DNA from: a virus
Direction: 5' to 3' (one strand)
Virus record (IMG/VR): IMGVR_UViG_3300034417_000033
Span: 42,908 to 106,907 of that record
DNA length: 64,000 nt
The notes under the pieces are model-generated. The model ran no database searches, was not told where the DNA came from, and worked only from the letters and a program-made list of their open reading frames with translations. The translations under genes and the position numbers were made by a program. Shown in pieces: positions 63,620 to 64,000 of the stretch; position 1 is the stretch's first letter; every line of letters starts with the position of its first letter.

Positions 63620-64000
63620 TCAGCTCCAAGTGTTGTGGGTTGAGTAGCTTTCTTTTTCAGTGTTAGCAGAACAAACTTTGCTTCTTCAATTGCAAGTTGC
63701 ATTTCTTTCATGTCATCAAAAGTCAACGTGATTCCACCGTTAGCAGACATCTTTACGTTGACACTTTTTGTACGGTCTACAGTTTCTCTATGGTCGTGAT
63801 GATACCCGTCAATTGCAACATAAACTAAAATATTTGCCATGGAATGCAGCTGACTATTAGTTGTAGTCTTTCGAAGAACTACGAAAGTCACGTCATCTTT
63901 AGTCTTAACTTGGCCATGCCAAGGACTAGCCGATTTACCAGTGCGTAACATGTGCGCTAAAGATGCGAGCGCATGTTCATCATCCGCTTCAATAGTAACT
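63616..64000 (-). CDS. hypothetical protein, partial (frame open to window end)
   Basis: Frame continues upstream of the track start (VTIEADDEHALASLAHMLR...). Confidence 0.6.
   Translation of the reverse strand, partial: VTIEADDEHALASLAHMLRTGKSASPWHGQVKTKDDVTFVVLRKTTTNSQLHSMANILVYVAIDGYHHDHRETVDRTKSVNVKMSANGGITLTFDDMKEMQLAIEEAKFVLLTLKKKATQPTTLGAE

Noticed and set aside
1-64000. Stop-codon reassignment
   Set aside because: Core genes are full length under the standard code and no suppressor tRNA is seen.

Overview
A 64 kb piece of a large lytic myovirus (T4-superfamily-related jumbo phage, resembling the Rak2/GAP32-type gene set). It is AT-rich, uses the standard genetic code, and nearly all genes are on the minus strand; the host is probably a Gram-negative bacterium. 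About 1-43 kb is core genome: PAAR spike fused to an M15 peptidase, class Ia RNR with glutaredoxin, helicase, primase, a miniature DnaE, UvsW/UvsY/UvsX, gp32-like SSB, terminase subunits, head completion, tail tube and sheath, neck and dNMP kinase. About 43-64 kb is accessory: rIIA/rIIB, many small ORFs, tRNA-Arg(CCT), tRNA-Ser(CGA), a degenerate tRNA-Gly-like element and several translation-related genes (Pth2, YqeY, RlmN-like radical SAM, L7/L12-like motif; peptide deformylase lies in the core). Two promoter classes are visible: near-consensus sigma70 TTGACA-17-TATAAT and a late GATAAATA motif. The most striking signals are (1) an ArfA-like small basic ORF with an intrinsic terminator inside its reading frame, i.e. 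the nonstop-mRNA/tmRNA-sensing logic of arfA/brfA; (2) four 140-200 nt intergenic structured RNA candidates plus a late-promoter small RNA; (3) a catalytically dead terminase-ATPase paralog next to terL; (4) a 196-aa DnaE catalytic core; (5) a PagP-like outer-membrane barrel. All assignments come from motif reading by eye; no searches or folding programs were run.
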